Under the pieces are notes generated by a model. That model worked only from the letters and a program-made list of their open reading frames with translations, was not told the origin of the DNA and ran no database searches. The position numbers and the translations under genes are program-made. 64,000 nucleotides of DNA from Balanoglossus misakiensis (taxonomy: Eukaryota; Animalia; Hemichordata), in NCBI GenBank assembly GCA_040954595.2, contig CM082589.2, positions 3,362,213 through 3,426,212 on the forward strand, in the 5' to 3' direction. Shown here piece after piece: positions 1 through 20,200 of this stretch (its first letter is position 1; every line of letters starts with the position of its first letter).

Positions 1-137
1 ACAAGGCATGATATTACCAATGTCACTTACTTTGAACCAATCACAGGCAACATCACAGCTACAGTGGGATCACGTGATTCACTTCTGACCAATCACAAAC
101 AGCTTTACATGTGTGTATGCTGTGCTTGTTTCCGTAG

Positions 138-3100
138 ACGCTTTCCATGGCCTTCTCCACGTTTTTTCCTGACGCATACAACGGACAAGAGAAACACCCA
201 GCAACGAATGATGAACGTTACATGTACGCGAACCATCCGTCGCCGTTCTACAAGAACGCAGAAATCAAAATGATTCACGAGGTAGGGTGACTGAATACGC
301 AAAAATGGAAATAAAAATAGTGTAATTTACAATGTAGTCCAATATTGTGTTATAGCTGTATAACTGTTGAAGTCCAAGACAAATCATTCAAGTCGTTTTA
401 CATCACAACAATCATACCTAAAGAAAACCTTGCAGATTTGCGCATACATTTGTGTATTCTGTTTTCATCCTCGTAGAGTGCACAAGCAAATGGCAATGTA
501 ACTGTCAAGTCCAAAGTACTTTATCCATCGCATGGTCCTCCAGCAGTCGAGTACAGTTGGAACCTGTTGAGAATTGATGTCACTAATTTATCAACAATTG
601 TAAGTAATGATGACATTATTAAGACATTATGCCATTCAGTTTTGTTTCTTGTGGTATTCACTTGCTCTGGTAATAATCAGTCATCATTGTCACAGCTTCT
701 GTCTCCTCTGCATGCAGTTTATGATATAAGAATTTTAAAAATGTAGATGTTTTCTCTCTTCAACTCTCTCTCTGTCCAATCTCAGTTTTCTTTTCATGAA
801 GTTACAATACAAAGGAGGATCATAAAATCTACAATTAAAAGAAATGGCGATACTTTCAATTCTACCGATCGTACATCCTTGAATGATTTTATTCACAGGT
901 CGATCACCACTTTGATTACGCCTTGGACGGACACCAGAGGAAGTACACCCTGCACTGCCTCTCGAACGAAACCAACTACCAAGTCTACTTGGTACGTAAC
1001 AAGGACGGCTTCGTCATCCCCTACGGCGATGTCAACGGCATATCGGTGATCGCGCTTCTCCGCATGGGGCTCCTGCAGGAGCTGAAGGATCGCTTCTACA
1101 ACTTGTTCGTCCACATGCCCCTCTACGAAGACATGGCGCCGTGGAACATCATATTCCGAGCCGGCGAACTGCAGTACATTGACTACGACACTAAAGATCT
1201 GACTTTGACGCATATGGTACCAGCTGCATACCAGGTATGTGAATTTTACGGCCTACTGCGGTCGATAGAGCCAAATGACTGTGGACTTTCAGGTGTACCA
1301 TATTGTCATATTGTCACGACTCTAGTGCAGTTTAGTTGCTCAGTATATATTTTTTTTTCTGAAAATAAATTATCACAGTATGGCATAATTTTGGTGAAAC
1401 CTGCGATTTGTGTTTCGATACTGGCAATTTTATCAGTTTGATACTTTTATCATTTTGATGAAAACATTCATCATCTCCATAGGAGCTCTTCAGTTAACTT
1501 TGGTATTTGGAGAGTGTTAGTCAAATAGCATACCACTGTTTGGTTGTACCATCCTCTACATCCCTTCAGTTTCTGCAGCAAGAACAGACAAATAAGCACT
1601 GTGAGGGAGTTGAATACCACTTGAGAAATAATCCCTTTGTAAGAATTGATTTGAATCCGAAAGAGGATTTTGTTTTATTGAGGACTGGTGGCTCTAATAG
1701 GGGGCATAATACAACCCTCCCGGGTGTACCGGTACATGTATTACCCTTGCAGCTGGTGTCACAAAGCAACCACCTTGACAAAATTTGCACACTCCCTCAT
1801 AAACTCACAGGATAGAGACCAAATGTCACCCTGTCTATTCACTTAGCCCATCACTCTGGATAATCCACTGACATGCCACTCTACAAGCTAGCTGGCTTTT
1901 TTGCCACAGCTGTTGAAATTCAACATTTGGCTGAAATTCCTAAGGTGTGTACTAAACTGATATGGGAGGACCCATCAATGCTGGTAGATATTGAATTGCT
2001 AATTAAACAAAGAAAAATTAGGGGATGTTTTTTTTTTGGGGGGGGGGGGAATATTACAACAGTATGAGGCCACTGGGCTTTTATCTGTACAATGGATTGA
2101 GCCAGCCTCGATAATGTACTTCCAAAGTCAACATATCTGAAAATGTCTCGCCCATTATGTTCGGGCAAACTGTACAAATAGTGGTCTGTCGGTCAGCGGA
2201 GGTCATGGAAATTGCACAACCGTTAGTGGGGTCAGTTACAAGAACTAGGTGATGGCCTTCTCTCTGAGTCTGACCCCAGACGCAATTATTACGAAATAGG
2301 TAGGGGCTGGCCCGTTATTGAGGACAGCAAACACCGCTGTGCTATAGATTGTCATGGTAATGGCCCACTCTATTGTGCTGTAGCTGATCAATTATCGGTC
2401 TTAACGAGCCAGTCTAATTGGCCGGTCAGTTGGTGTAATCAGTAAAAAGAACAGCTGAGTTTTTTTTACTTCTCCCTTATGTCGGAGAATGAAATGTATT
2501 TTCTGACGTCTCTCATGTGCCTGGTATAAGAAACGAAACTGTTTTTATTAATGATCATGTTCCATATGGTGTTTCATCTATTTATTTTTGGGCGTATCAT
2601 TCAATCGACTACCGATAAGTGCACAGGCAGTCTAAAAACTGAGCAGCTGTGTATTAAAGAAAAAAAAAGAAGAGACCTAAACAATGAATAATTTACAGTG
2701 TTTTGGAATAAAACTTGCTTTTCATGAGAACCAGTAACAGCCGTAAGGAGAACGCTGTTAGCGAGGGTTTTACATCACCCTCGTTTATGTTGCGATCCCT
2801 CCTATTCCAAAATGGAAGAGCTGAGGTCAGGAGGAAGGCAGCAAATTCCTCACCTGATTTGGAAAGCACCGCTGACCATTTTTTCAGTTGGCGAAGTAGA
2901 CTTCTTTCAAGTACATTTGAAAAGAAAACAAGTCTGACATCAGAAATGCAGACAGAAAACAGAATCCAGTTGCCAGACATACGTGATGATGTATGGCTTG
3001 GTCGTATTTATTTACTTTAAGTCTTAATCTCTAAACGTGGTGACGAATTCAAAGCTGTGTAGCGCTGATGTACAATTGCAAATGCCAAGTTCATAACCAT

Positions 3101-6015
3101 GGTTGTTGGGTTACTGTTCGTCCGACACAGCGTTGAGATTTAGGTTTTTATAGGTACTGTGTGTCTCGGTCTAGACTTGCATCTCTTTCTTTTTTTTCTG
3201 AAAACCAGGATCCTCCTGCCCCTCCCCCCTCTAGTAATTATGGAACCTGCCCTCATCATATGGAATTTTCCCCTCGCTCTCTCTCTTTCTCCTGCCATGA
3301 AGTCCTGTCTGTAGGTGGAATTTTCCCCTCACGCCGTTTTACTTTTTCTAGAATTTGAAATTATGCCAGCCAATACGTTTAACTTCCAGGTTTTTGTTCA
3401 TTTGGGAAGCTCTTTACTTGCGAGGCATTTTTTATGAGCAATCTACCACCTTTCAAGGCAACTGTCGCATTTCTTCCTCCTTCATTCAATCGGAGTCTGT
3501 GAATTCTGCGGCTCTAAATTAAGAATTACAATTATCCTCTTAATATGGAAAACATTTCATCTGATAAAAATACCAGTCGCATTTCCTGATGAGAAAATCC
3601 AATTAAAAATGAGCAGTGGAATCGGACGTGTGCGATTATTTTTATATTTCGTTTAAAAAATTTAATCGTACGTGCGTTGTTTTCAAAATGCAAAATATGG
3701 TCTGTTCGTTTGCTGGCTTGCCATATACAGTACATTGATTGGACTGTTCTGAACATACACCTGATCACTGTAGCCATTCTGTGATCGAAAATCTCTTTGT
3801 CTTTCTGACTCTTGCATCCTTCATTATTCACGATTAAACATAAAATTAACACACCTGGATTATGTTGTATAGGTAAAGGCTGCCTGATCTGAGTAATGCT
3901 TGCTTTAAAAAAAAACCCACAGAAACCCATAACATTGCTACTTCCATGCATGCATATCTTTGTTGTGTTCTGAATAGAGATTTCATAATATAGCGTGTTA
4001 TTTTGCCGTTTCATTCAGCAATTAGTTGGCTGCCAGTTCGCGTGCGTGGTGTTGTGTATCCATGGTAACAGAGACCCCACAATCATTTGATGCGTGACAA
4101 TGCCAGCATGAACAAAAACAGTCTGGCACTGGACTTAGTGAATAACCATACAGGCTGAATGACAACAATGCTGGGTACATTCTGTGATGTCGCAATCTGT
4201 CTAGGTTTCAGACTTGTCAGGTACATATGTACAATGACTTGGCCTCTCTCTCTGGGCGACAGGTAGCAATAAAATTATCGATGATTATAGCAATCAGACA
4301 TGAAGAAGGTTGCAAATTATGGGCATTTGATAAAATTAAGTATAATTACATGTATACTGTTAGCCCTATTTGTCAAATACCGGTACACCCATTTCACATA
4401 GAAGTCACATGACAAACAAGCACCCACAAACTTAAGTTCTTAAGTTAGATGGTTAATTAGCAAGTTCAATCTCATTCTTACCATACCTGCACAGAGGAAG
4501 GAAATTCCAACATTGTCTCTCCAGCCGACCCATCAGCAGTGCGTCCAAAATGAATTCTGGCGTACAAGTTCAAGTGCCTGTTACTCACTAATTTATTGTG
4601 GAGTGATATTTGTCGTTTGTGGGTCACTTAAATATTCTGGGTGACCATTACAGATGTCATGACCTTTGACACAAGGTTTGGTAACCACTAGCTGTGTTAT
4701 AATGTGATTATGGCCACGCCATGAATTTTTTCAGTACATCTGGAGGATTACACTTACAGATAATACTGTCATTCAAGATAGGCAAAAAACCCATGAATTT
4801 TTTCAGTACATCTGGAGGATTATACTTACAGATAATACTGTCATTCAAGATAAACCACGTAGTCGTATCATGGACCCCGTTTTATTTAAACACTTACAGA
4901 ATCTATAGTCAGATCAGTAGACTTTGTACTTCAAAACCAAGGAATTAACTTGATCCTGTAGGCAAAACTCAGCAACGTGATGTCATCGCCCTACTTTTCG
5001 GGCGATATTGAAAGTAAAATGTATAGAGAACAGTTAGTATTGAGAGACCGCCAACTTCTAAGATTGACAACCAGCAGGAGTGGCTGAATGATATTTCAAA
5101 GTCAAATTGACACAACGTGGTGTGTAGTGTTTACACAAACTTTTTGTTGACAAAATGGCAGCCCTCACTAGAGTTCCATACAGCTGTAAATAACTGCAGT
5201 GTTCAGGATATTTGTGTGGCAATTTGTCAACATAGCGAGCCATGCTTTGAAACTCTCCCACCACCAAATCTGTACGAGGATGGCCTCATTCGGATTTGTT
5301 CACATACCGATAAAATTATAAGTTATATATTAATAGAGGATTTGTTTTTAAAATATATTTTTAATATCACAAACCATTTGTCATGGGTGTTTGTTTGTTT
5401 GTTTTTTCTAATGCAGGTGATGTCAATGCTGATGAACTATGAGCGAACAGTCCATGACTTTGGTAACTGCAACGGGGCGTCTAGCAACCCGTATAACTTT
5501 CCGTTCATCTCCAACTGCGTGGGGAGCGATTTCAACGGCCCCTGTCACGACTCCAGGTATCCTGTCCCATGTGGTGATCATACATGTCGGTCGACCTACG
5601 TAGAATGTTTGCGGGCGCTTAGCGATTTGGAACTCAAGAAAAATGCCGGGAAACCAAACCATTCAGGTATGTATATGTATAGCGTTTAGGATAGTAAAAT
5701 TACCAATCTTATTTCTTGCTCAAGACAATTTTAGATTATTCTCTCTTAAAATTGACAATAAAAATTGGGGGTTACCATGCAAAATTTTAAGTGATAGAGT
5801 GGAATTGGCTAAAATTTGAAATTCAAAATGGCTGCCCACAAGACTACGCAGAAAAATCGAATCACAGTCAGTGAAAGCCCTTTCATGTTTCTTTTTCCCT
5901 TCTCCCCTTCACAGATTCCATGACATCAGAAACTAAAGAAGATGCTGAGAACTATGAATTGTTTGAAGACGGCAAAGTCTTGCGCTGGAAAATGCATCCA
6001 AAGCAGGCCAGGTGA
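138..6015 (+). CDS. Uncharacterised protein with protein-kinase-like catalytic motifs and a Cys-rich C-terminus (5'-partial; last 5 coding exons, ~317 aa)
   Basis: Exons 138-281, 477-599, 899-1234, 5417-5666 and 5915-6015 all have canonical AG/GT boundaries and compatible phases (0,0,0,1), total 954 nt, ending in TGA at 6013-6015. The translation includes VDHHFDYALDGHQRKYTLHC...PLYEDMAPWNIIFRAGELQYIDYDTKD...CGDHTCRSTYVECLRAL. It carries N-glycosylation sequons NVT, NLS and NET. Earlier exons lie outside the window. Confidence 0.85.
4719..4852. repeat. Local direct duplication, 62-nt unit x2 (period 72), intronic
   Basis: ccatgaattttttcagtacatctggaggatta(c/t)acttacagataatactgtcattcaagata occurs at 4719-4780 and 4791-4852 with one mismatch. 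Confidence 0.95.
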
Positions 6016-7015
6016 CATTTCACAGGAATGTCCACTGCTGCTGTCGGTCTATAGGTGACCCTTGACCTTACAGTGTATAATTTGCATTCGTACATGTATA
6101 TACTTAACAATTGTGCAATCTCAGCCCCTCATTGTAAGAACCCCTGCCGTGGTGACTGTCTTGCAGGTATCCTGCTTAGAACTTCCACCAGCATACTGTC
6201 TTTCAATGTCTTTCAATGCTCCCACCCCCTGTTTTCTCATAAGACTGTATGACTAACAAAAAGAAACTTTGCACCTTTCAATATTTATGTTGGATATGGT
6301 TTTGAACAGCCCTGTTCATTCATAGTCCACGATAAAGAGAAATTTCTGACACTGTTTTTTGAGAAACTTCTCCCATAAATGGTGATTGTTCAGAGCACTG
6401 CCTTTCAGATGTTTTTGACAAACTTTGCTGAGAGGTACTGTATAGCCTAGTGACTGTAATCATGTTGTCATGGTAACCGTGTGTGTAACAGGGAAGCCAT
6501 TATGTGAAGAGTTCTTGTGTAGCTTCCTCTGTGTTATATAAAAAATGTGTCAAATCTGTAATGTTTGAATGCAGAGAGAAGAACTGCTTGCGGCAAGTAA
6601 GCGTTGTAGTGAACATCAATGCAGTCGGTGTGGTGCTACAAAATAAAATGAACCTTCACCTTCTGAATCTCAGGTCCCATTCATGTTGTGTATTCAAATC
6701 TAACTTTGCTGACATCAGAGGATGGCTACGGACGGCTATTAATGAAAGCCAGAATATCACACCCAGTGCAGTCAATCCAGTAACTGGTTTGTTCTGGAGG
6801 ATGCATTGTTTGAAAACTGTTCTGTGGCAGCTGGTACTGAACTTGCATAGAAGTGTGGCATGACCTGATTTTCGAGATATCTGTGCTTTTTGGACCACAC
6901 CAGTACACTTCATATTTTATTTCCTTTCATTTACGGATTGGAACAAATCTTGCTTTGTGTTTAGGGGGGGCTGCACACGCTGGTATGTGAATTGTAAAAA
7001 TAAGGTATAAACATC

Positions 7016-7021
7016 AATAAA
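7016..7021 (+). promoter_or_regulatory. Candidate polyadenylation signal of the kinase-like gene
   Basis: AATAAA about 1 kb after the stop codon, followed by T-rich sequence. Another AATAAA lies near 6642. Confidence 0.4.
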
Positions 7022-8444
7022 GTCCATTTTTATTCGTCACATTTTGCACTTCCAATCTTTTTGTACAAAGCCATATTGGTTTTGTTTGCACGGATTGTAA
7101 TCATGTCCACAGGCCCATGTGTAATCTCAATCTCAAAATTGGTTTGATTGATTGTGACAGGGGCTGTCATGAAATTGGACAAGGAATTACTCACTCCAAA
7201 CGCGTAATCATACAAGTTATCTACATACTATAAATCTAGTCATAGTCGGTCATGTATTGTACTTGACAGTAGTTATTGTATGGAAGAGATAAAAGAATCT
7301 GTAGAATTCATTCTGAAGAAATAAACTCTTTGGAAGTACCGTAATTAACCTTCATACATGGAGGAATTATATAATATGTAATCGTGTTTTATTTTAACAT
7401 TGAAAATGATTTTGCTGGACCAAACTCACATCTTTCATAAATATATGTATTTGGGTCACTGGCAGAGCAGTACAAACACGAGCCTGAGCTACCAGCTGAC
7501 CCAGACACATGACCTTTTTAAAGTCTTTTAAAACCCAGAGCCTTTGGGGCTTTTTGTTGGTTCCTTTTCATTCACTGGTTTTCACTGTGTTCAACTGTGC
7601 CTGAAACCTGGCTTTAATGCAGATATATTTGGGGTCATAGGGGGTATATAAAAAGTGAATTTTCACGGCTGCATGTCTGCTTGAAGCTTTGAAGGGAATT
7701 TCGTGGCCATAGCAACAACTCTTTGTAATAATATTATGAGTTTTGTTGACTATTGTAGTGATGCTATTGTTTCATGATTTTGCATGTGGCAAATGGGTCC
7801 AGGATGATTGACTATAAATTGTGGGGGGGGGGGGGGGAATGGCCGCTTGGTAAATTCACATTTACCAAAATTAATTAATCAATACTGTTCTTGACAAAAT
7901 GGTTGGAATCCAATCAATTACTGGCTTCCAAAGTGACACAGGAAAGGATTGTCCATTACATTTCTTTGCTATGATGAACTTTCTAAGATTAAAACTTTGT
8001 GGGTAATTTGAGTTGATGACATAGGGGGGTAGGAATGCATTGTTGGCAGTTCAAAATAGACCAAACGTCAAAATTAGTAGAGCAAAACAGTTTTGAAGGA
8101 TTGGAAAATGCACAACTGCTTTTTCTGAAAGTTAGTCATATGAAAACACAAATATCCGGGAGCAATGACCTCAACTATGACAAACACAGCTGTCAACAAG
8201 AATGACATACACTAGCTCAGTCAATGACCTTCTTTTCTCTTTATGGGTCATGTACATGTAAACATAAGCGACTTTTACCTACTCGTAGTTGAGCGTACAG
8301 TGCATGATCCGAGGTACTTACTACATGAATATTCACCATTGATATTGAGCAGTTAACATCAAATTTGAATACTTGAACAATATTCAATATTACTTGCATA
8401 AAGTATTGCCAGAGTACCTCATATCCTACGTTAAATAATTCTTT

Positions 8445-8745
8445 GTTGCCTAACGCTTTTGGTAACATAAATCGAGATAAAAAACCCATCGAAAACAGGG
8501 TCAGAAAATAAAGCGGTGCCAGAAACGCCCGCAAAATGTGTTTGTTTCAGTGTATACTAGTACTCAAACATCGATGCAAATGACCGATTTATGCACAAGT
8601 ATAATAGAAAATTAATTTTCGATATAGTTGCCTAACGCCTTATATATTGGAGTTAACATACATAGCTTTTGGTAATTTTTATCGAGAGAAAAAACATCGA
8701 AAAAAGGGTCAGAAAAAAAGCGGTCCAAGAAACGCCCGCAAATGC
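8445..8745. repeat. Diverged local duplication (~90-115 nt x2)
   Basis: gttgcctaacgc...ttttggtaa...atcgaga.aaaaa..catcgaaaa.agggtcagaaaa.aaagcggt..agaaacgcccgcaaa occurs at ~8445-8540 and ~8627-8745. Confidence 0.8.
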
Positions 8746-10574
8746 GACGACGCCCGTGAGTGCTACAAGAAGCGATTTGATACGCAAAATGTGCACTTCC
8801 CCTGTCTTTAAAAACATGTCGAATGAATTGAATGTACTGAATGGGAATATTCTTGAAACATAACTAGCATATCGGGGAAATCATCGTAGATAGTAGAGCG
8901 ACTGTCGCTTGCTTCCAAGGAAAAAGCGCAACTCTAAGATGGTGACGTGACCATAATTGCGCATCCTACAGCTTATCCACACGTCCGAAGAATAGGCGAT
9001 TCCCGACCCCCTTTATTTAAAGGGACTGTGCCAAGAGCCATAATGAGAAATTACAAAATTTCTGTAAAATTTATAACAATGTTTTGTGCTGTTCAGCATA
9101 TTTGATATACTGGAAAGCTGTGTACATAATGTGGACAGACAGCCTCGGGAACAATAGCAGATCACTTACGTGATGTCAAACGCTATCTTGAATAATTTAA
9201 TAATCAAACCTTTAAGGTCACTTTATACCTTTACCCATGGCCTAAATATCTTAATCTTATTTTAAAAAAATACTCTGTACATAGAAGGTGATAATACGAG
9301 TCAACAGAAGATATTTATCTTATTAAAATTAGGGCCCAGACATATTTATTGCCGAAGGCCAGTATCTGAATGATTTTCTTTGACTCAGCTGACTTCCAAC
9401 TGAGATGGCCAAGTCTTAGCTTTATGCCACATACATGCAAAATTACATATTAAGTCTCCAGATTTAAAGAATTCTCACTCGCCGATAATCTTATAGGTAT
9501 GCGTGTAGGGGGGAGGGGGTTAGAGACTGGTCAGTTTCTCTGCTGTGCGTCTTCCCCCCACCCCTCCCGATATGTACTGCGCGCAAGCTCACGATGACGG
9601 GCAGCATTGTCCTTTTCCAAGATGCTATTTGCTGTGAATATTTGCTAACTAAATTTATGAATTCTAAATTATTTGCTAACTAAATTTATGAGCTGCGTGT
9701 AACACTCTGGCTGATCTCAAGTTACGCGTCAAAAATGCTGATGAATGTTTCCATTGTTCGCTCTTTGTTCCGACCGCGTGCTTCTTGCTCGTCACGCGTA
9801 CGTCGGGGACTCGATCGTGTAACGCCGGGAGCACGCAGACGCGCCGGGATTGGGTATGGCAAGCGAGACGGTGCACACATATGGATATGCACGGACATTT
9901 CCCCGTCTCGCTCGCTGTCTAGAGTATTCCCGGTGTCATGTACATAATCATTACTTTGCATATTATGTAAATATCAGGTCGTCACCTCACATGCAATGTA
10001 CATGACGCATTTTAAGGGCGCGACCAATGTAGAAGGACGGTGTGTAACCAATACTTTCACATTAATTGCATTTTTTCATCCTACCGTTGAATCTATAAAA
10101 CACGACCATGTAAAATGACCTCGGCTTTTAATGGGGCCACTGTTCGAATTTCATTCATTTATCTGACGATCGATCGACGAATTCAAGTGCACCGCCATCA
10201 AAACTGAAAATGGCGATAATGATATGGTTTTAGCGAATACTAGACACGAAGGAGCAGTCTTAGAATATTTTTAGAGAATACGTGAAAAATAGCTCAGAGG
10301 GCTTCAGAATGGCGACGACTGCATGGAAGAATCTATTTTCTTACCGCCCCCCACTTCTGCTTAATGGATCACTCCCCTCTTCTGCGGACTCACGTGTTGT
10401 GCGTCACAGGGAGGTCAGACTGTATTATCCCAAATCTGGCGCAGGGGTAAATTAAGCGGTCCGCATCTTCAACGTGTAGATCTACCAGGACTTTAACAAA
10501 GACAGGCAACCCATGAAATACTGAGTTGCCAATTAAGCACATAGGATAGATCTCACCTCAAACACGACGCGACC

Positions 10575-16095
<5,521 letters not shown>

Positions 16096-17154
16096 AGCAC
16101 AATCGCTGTACAAGTCATGAACCAGCAGCTGTCGCCTATGAAAATTGCTTGAGATTATAGAGCACATAATTATCACGTTTTATTTCGTTACATATTGTTT
16201 AGCAGTTTTTAGGGGAAGTCTGAATCATTGAACTTGACCAGGTTCCGTTCAAAGCATGATTTCTTTTCCCTTTAGAGCGATTCCTTCAAGCTGCAAGTGG
16301 TACTTTCTGCAGTAAAATCACTGTACAACACGAACTGTCACAAAACCCACACTAAAGAATGACCAAACTTTGTAATTCTAACACAGATCTTTGCTCTTGA
16401 CACCTGTATTCACTGCTTGACTACCGTTGATACTCTTCCTGTAAGGACCAGTATTGAAACATTGACTTCACGAATTCAACATTTACAACTTTTGTATTTG
16501 CCTAACGACAGCTTGTCTTGTCTGAAGTGACTTGACATTTTTATCCGTGGCCTTTAAGAGTCACGTGATACCATAACATCTGACGAGGTGGATTCGTTTT
16601 TATAAACATTTTCGTTCTGTGAAATGTATTTTTAAACTTTATAAGCTTGTTCACAAAGTACTCTATGCCCTGGCATCCAGGCCTTGTTAATAAACTTGTC
16701 TTTGGTCACACAAGACCTACATCATATGGCTGGTGTGTTTGTGTGCGTGCGGGCGGGCGTGTGTGTGTGTGTGTGTGGCTGTAAGACAGGGAAGAGATGG
16801 AAGATCATGAAGATGGGAATTCACAGGTTGCCATGGAAATCGAACGGACTTGTAGAAGATGCAAAATCAGCTGGAAACTTTAGTGAGGGATAATCAGAAT
16901 GATTTTGCCATAGATAAGAATTTGAAATTGAATGTGGATGTGAGTGAACTGGTTAAAGGGGAGAGCCCTCAGCGTACATATTTAGGGAGGACTGTAATCG
17001 ATAATCGCTAGCGTCCAGGTGACATGCATAATACACTTTCAAAAAACCAGGTGCACTGGTAGTGCGCAGGTGCACCGTTAGTGCGCATGTGAGAGGGCGG
17101 CGATTTGAGGAAGACAGGGACACGCACGTCTGCCGAATCACACGGGATTTAGAC

Positions 17155-19482
17155 ATGGCTTGTATCACGCGTGAATCCGGGAGCAGCGTGGACGGACAGA
17201 ACAGTGACATGGTAGGCCTAAAACTGTTTCTTTTTATTAGTATGTATGTCGGGTGCATGTTAGCTGTGGTTGGTTGTGTGCGTGTCCTTGCGTTTGACTC
17301 GGGAATGAAGCAAAGAGCTGAATTTAGGAAAGTGAATCGGTCACTGACCTATGCATGGTGTCTGTACAGGTAAAATCCGCCGTGACGACCGCGGAGAAAG
17401 CTGGTCTGATCGACACTATCCTACCCGGCCTGGTCTCCTCGCCCAAATATGTACCGCACTGGTTTACCTATGACGACACGGGGTCCGAACTTTACCTCCG
17501 AATGGCGGTAGAGAACCCGTATTATCATGTATACGGCGTGGAAAAGGCCTTACTGAAGAAATATGCAGGTGAGTTTAGTCTGCCTAACCGAAACTACAAA
17601 ACCACATTTGCTAATATGGTTTCTTGATGCAGGTGGACTGGGGAAAATTTCCACTCCATTTTCTCGTTTTACCGCAGTTTATCAGGGAAAGTCCGAGTCG
17701 ACATTTCTCAGTTGCATATGGTCGACCATTCGGAATAACAGGGAAAATTCCATGCACACTCGCCATATCGACGTCGGAGTGTCAGTGTTACCTCAGTTAG
17801 TCCGAGAATGCGTATGAATATCAGTTTAGAAATATGCATGTGTAGTTCCGAAATCCTGCTGCTACGATAGAAATGATATGTACTGTGTGGTTTATAAAGG
17901 CTGCAATTAGAGAAGAAAGTCATCCGCGCATCTTTCTATAATCCTCCGGGTATTTATATCGGACATTTGCATACATTCCTTTTAATTGCAGATGACATGA
18001 TTTCAAAATACGATAAGGCGCCCCTACTTGCTGACCTAGGGGCGGGCAACTGTCACAAGCCGAAGATACTAATAGACGCCATGTTGACCAGATTTGGAAA
18101 GTGTACATTTTACCCCGTGGATGTGGCTAAAGGTCGAGTATGGCTATAACACTGTCAAAAATGCATGATTTTGATTTATTCCAAAAAGTTGGACATCTCT
18201 TTAATACGAAAGAGGGGGTGGATGGAGGGAGACAGACAGATAAACATACGGAGAATAAGACGCACACAGAGAGAAACAGAGACAATCGGACGCGTAGGTT
18301 CCTGGATGATATATCCGCGAATTTCTTTCATTTTGTAGACTTCTTGGAAGAATGTGCTGACCAGTTGATGAAAGACTTCTCGGGCCTATCAGTACACGCC
18401 ATCGTCGATGAAAACGTGAATGCATTGAGCCGGCTGCAGAGAGTGTCCTGTTCCAAGTTGATAACTCATTTCGGAAACAGTCTCGCCATTATTCCGATGC
18501 ATGAGATATTTCCTTTCCTTCAGGCTGTGTTTGAGTCCATTCCAGGTAAAGTAGATTTTTTAGCATATTAAAGACAACAGGTTCTTCGTGTGATTGTGGT
18601 TGGCACTGAATACTCAACATTTGCATAACAGTCTGACCGATTGGCCAATAAGCATACAAGTTAAGATCTCATTAACATATTATTGTACACACGATGAGAT
18701 ATGTTCTATTTTTTGTTAAAACGACCTCCGAAAAAGCAACTCGTAGAACGCGGATGTCGTACAAAAGATTGATGTGTTGAATAAGCCCAACTTCCTCACC
18801 ACTTGCAGGTCCAGACGACAGGTATCTCGTTGGTCTCGACTTGAACCAAAGCAAGCAGGCCGTTGGGCGTGCGTACACTAACAGCACGTGGGTGGAGTTC
18901 AACTTCAATTCACTGACCCGGCTGAACAAGGATTTTGGGGCCAACTTCGTGAAGGACAACTTTGAGTACGTCTTCGAGTATGTCGAGGCTGAAGGCGAAA
19001 TGTGTAACATCAAACGACCTGTGTACGTCACGGGAGGAATGAAAAGCAAATGTGACCAGACAGTGCGTCTTGGTAAGTGGGAACTATACATCAACTGCTC
19101 TTATCTTTCTAGATTCAAGGATAGTTACCCCCTGCACATTTAGCGGCCAGATGCATGTCATCCTAACCCTATCCTTAACCATATCTGGTGGCAAATTTCC
19201 ACGGGGGTGTCCATCCTAACATCATCCATATGCAATGTTCTTCGTCTAGGTGCAGTTGATGTCAATCTCCACTTCGACGAAGGCGAGATTCTGAACCTGT
19301 TCGACAGCAAACCCGGTGGTTTTGCCATGAAGTGGAACTGGTCCCAATTTGTGGACTTGGCTGAGGAGGCTGGCTTGGCCGTCGACAGGAAGTGGACCAA
19401 TGAGGGCAGTACCTACGGCCTGGCGTCGATGAAAAGAATTTCCAAACAAGATATAAACGTCGAACACACAAAGGAAGAGTAG
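17155..19482 (+). CDS. egtD-like: EgtD-like methyltransferase, copy 2 (tandem paralog, ~366 aa, 6 exons)
   Basis: Exons 17155-17211 (MACITRESGSSVDGQNSDM|gtaggc), 17370-17568, 17992-18132, 18339-18545, 18809-19072 and 19250-19482 total 1101 nt. Internal exon lengths (199/141/207/264) and phases are identical to copy 1 and the motifs are the same. AATAAA at 19701. Confidence 0.9.
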
Positions 19483-20200
19483 CGGTTCCATGCATCTTCA
19501 AGTCGGGAACCGAAATTCCTCAATTTGTGCAGGTACATTTGATTCCTATGGAAAATCTTTAAGCTGAACGGTTGAAAATCTTTATTTAAAAACGCTTCCT
19601 TCAAATTGAAATATTGCAAACGGAAAGGTCTCTTAATAGAATCTGCGTTATAAATAATGTTATTAGCAAATTGGGTTTGATCTGGCATCCAGGTCTTGTC
19701 AATAAAGTGTTTGTGTTTATACTTATACGCTGTTTAAGGTGTAAGTCTATCAGGTTTGGGCCTCTATTGTTGACTATTAATTACCTTACCTGGTTCCTTT
19801 ACTAGTTCTACCACTACACTCACGCACAGCGCCAGCTAGCGTTAGAAACGTGTTGCCGCAAAGAGGACGATAAACGAAAGAAAATCAATTCATGCTAGTT
19901 TATAATTTTTTATTTATTTTACACATTTTTTTTATAAATACAATTCTTTTATATCCAACATAATTACAATTCTGTTATGTCCATAAAGGATATGTCGTAT
20001 ATTTTGAGTATAGTACACGTCGAATCGACAGTGTCAATAAATAATAGAACATTTATATATACAATATTGAAATTATCATGTATAGCAATTTACAGATTAA
20101 CGTGAGCATGAGGTAAATTTGGGTCTACATTGATGAAGTGTGTATAAGATATAAACTTGGCATTCGTGTTTAAAAATCCTGAAGAAGATCCGGGGTTTCC

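Noticed and set aside
3532-4014. 160-aa minus-strand ORF in the large intron of the kinase-like gene
   Set aside because: AT-rich, no domain motifs, no supporting splice partners; consistent with chance.
5690-5880. Possible dispersed repeat remnant (…ttgaaattcaaaatggctgcc…) in the last intron of gene 1
   Set aside because: It looks like a MITE fragment, but there is no second copy or clear TIR pair in the window to support it.
6013-6054. TGA-C stop of the kinase-like gene as possible readthrough/selenocysteine
   Set aside because: Only ~12 codons follow before TAG, and I could not identify a SECIS or CTAG readthrough context.
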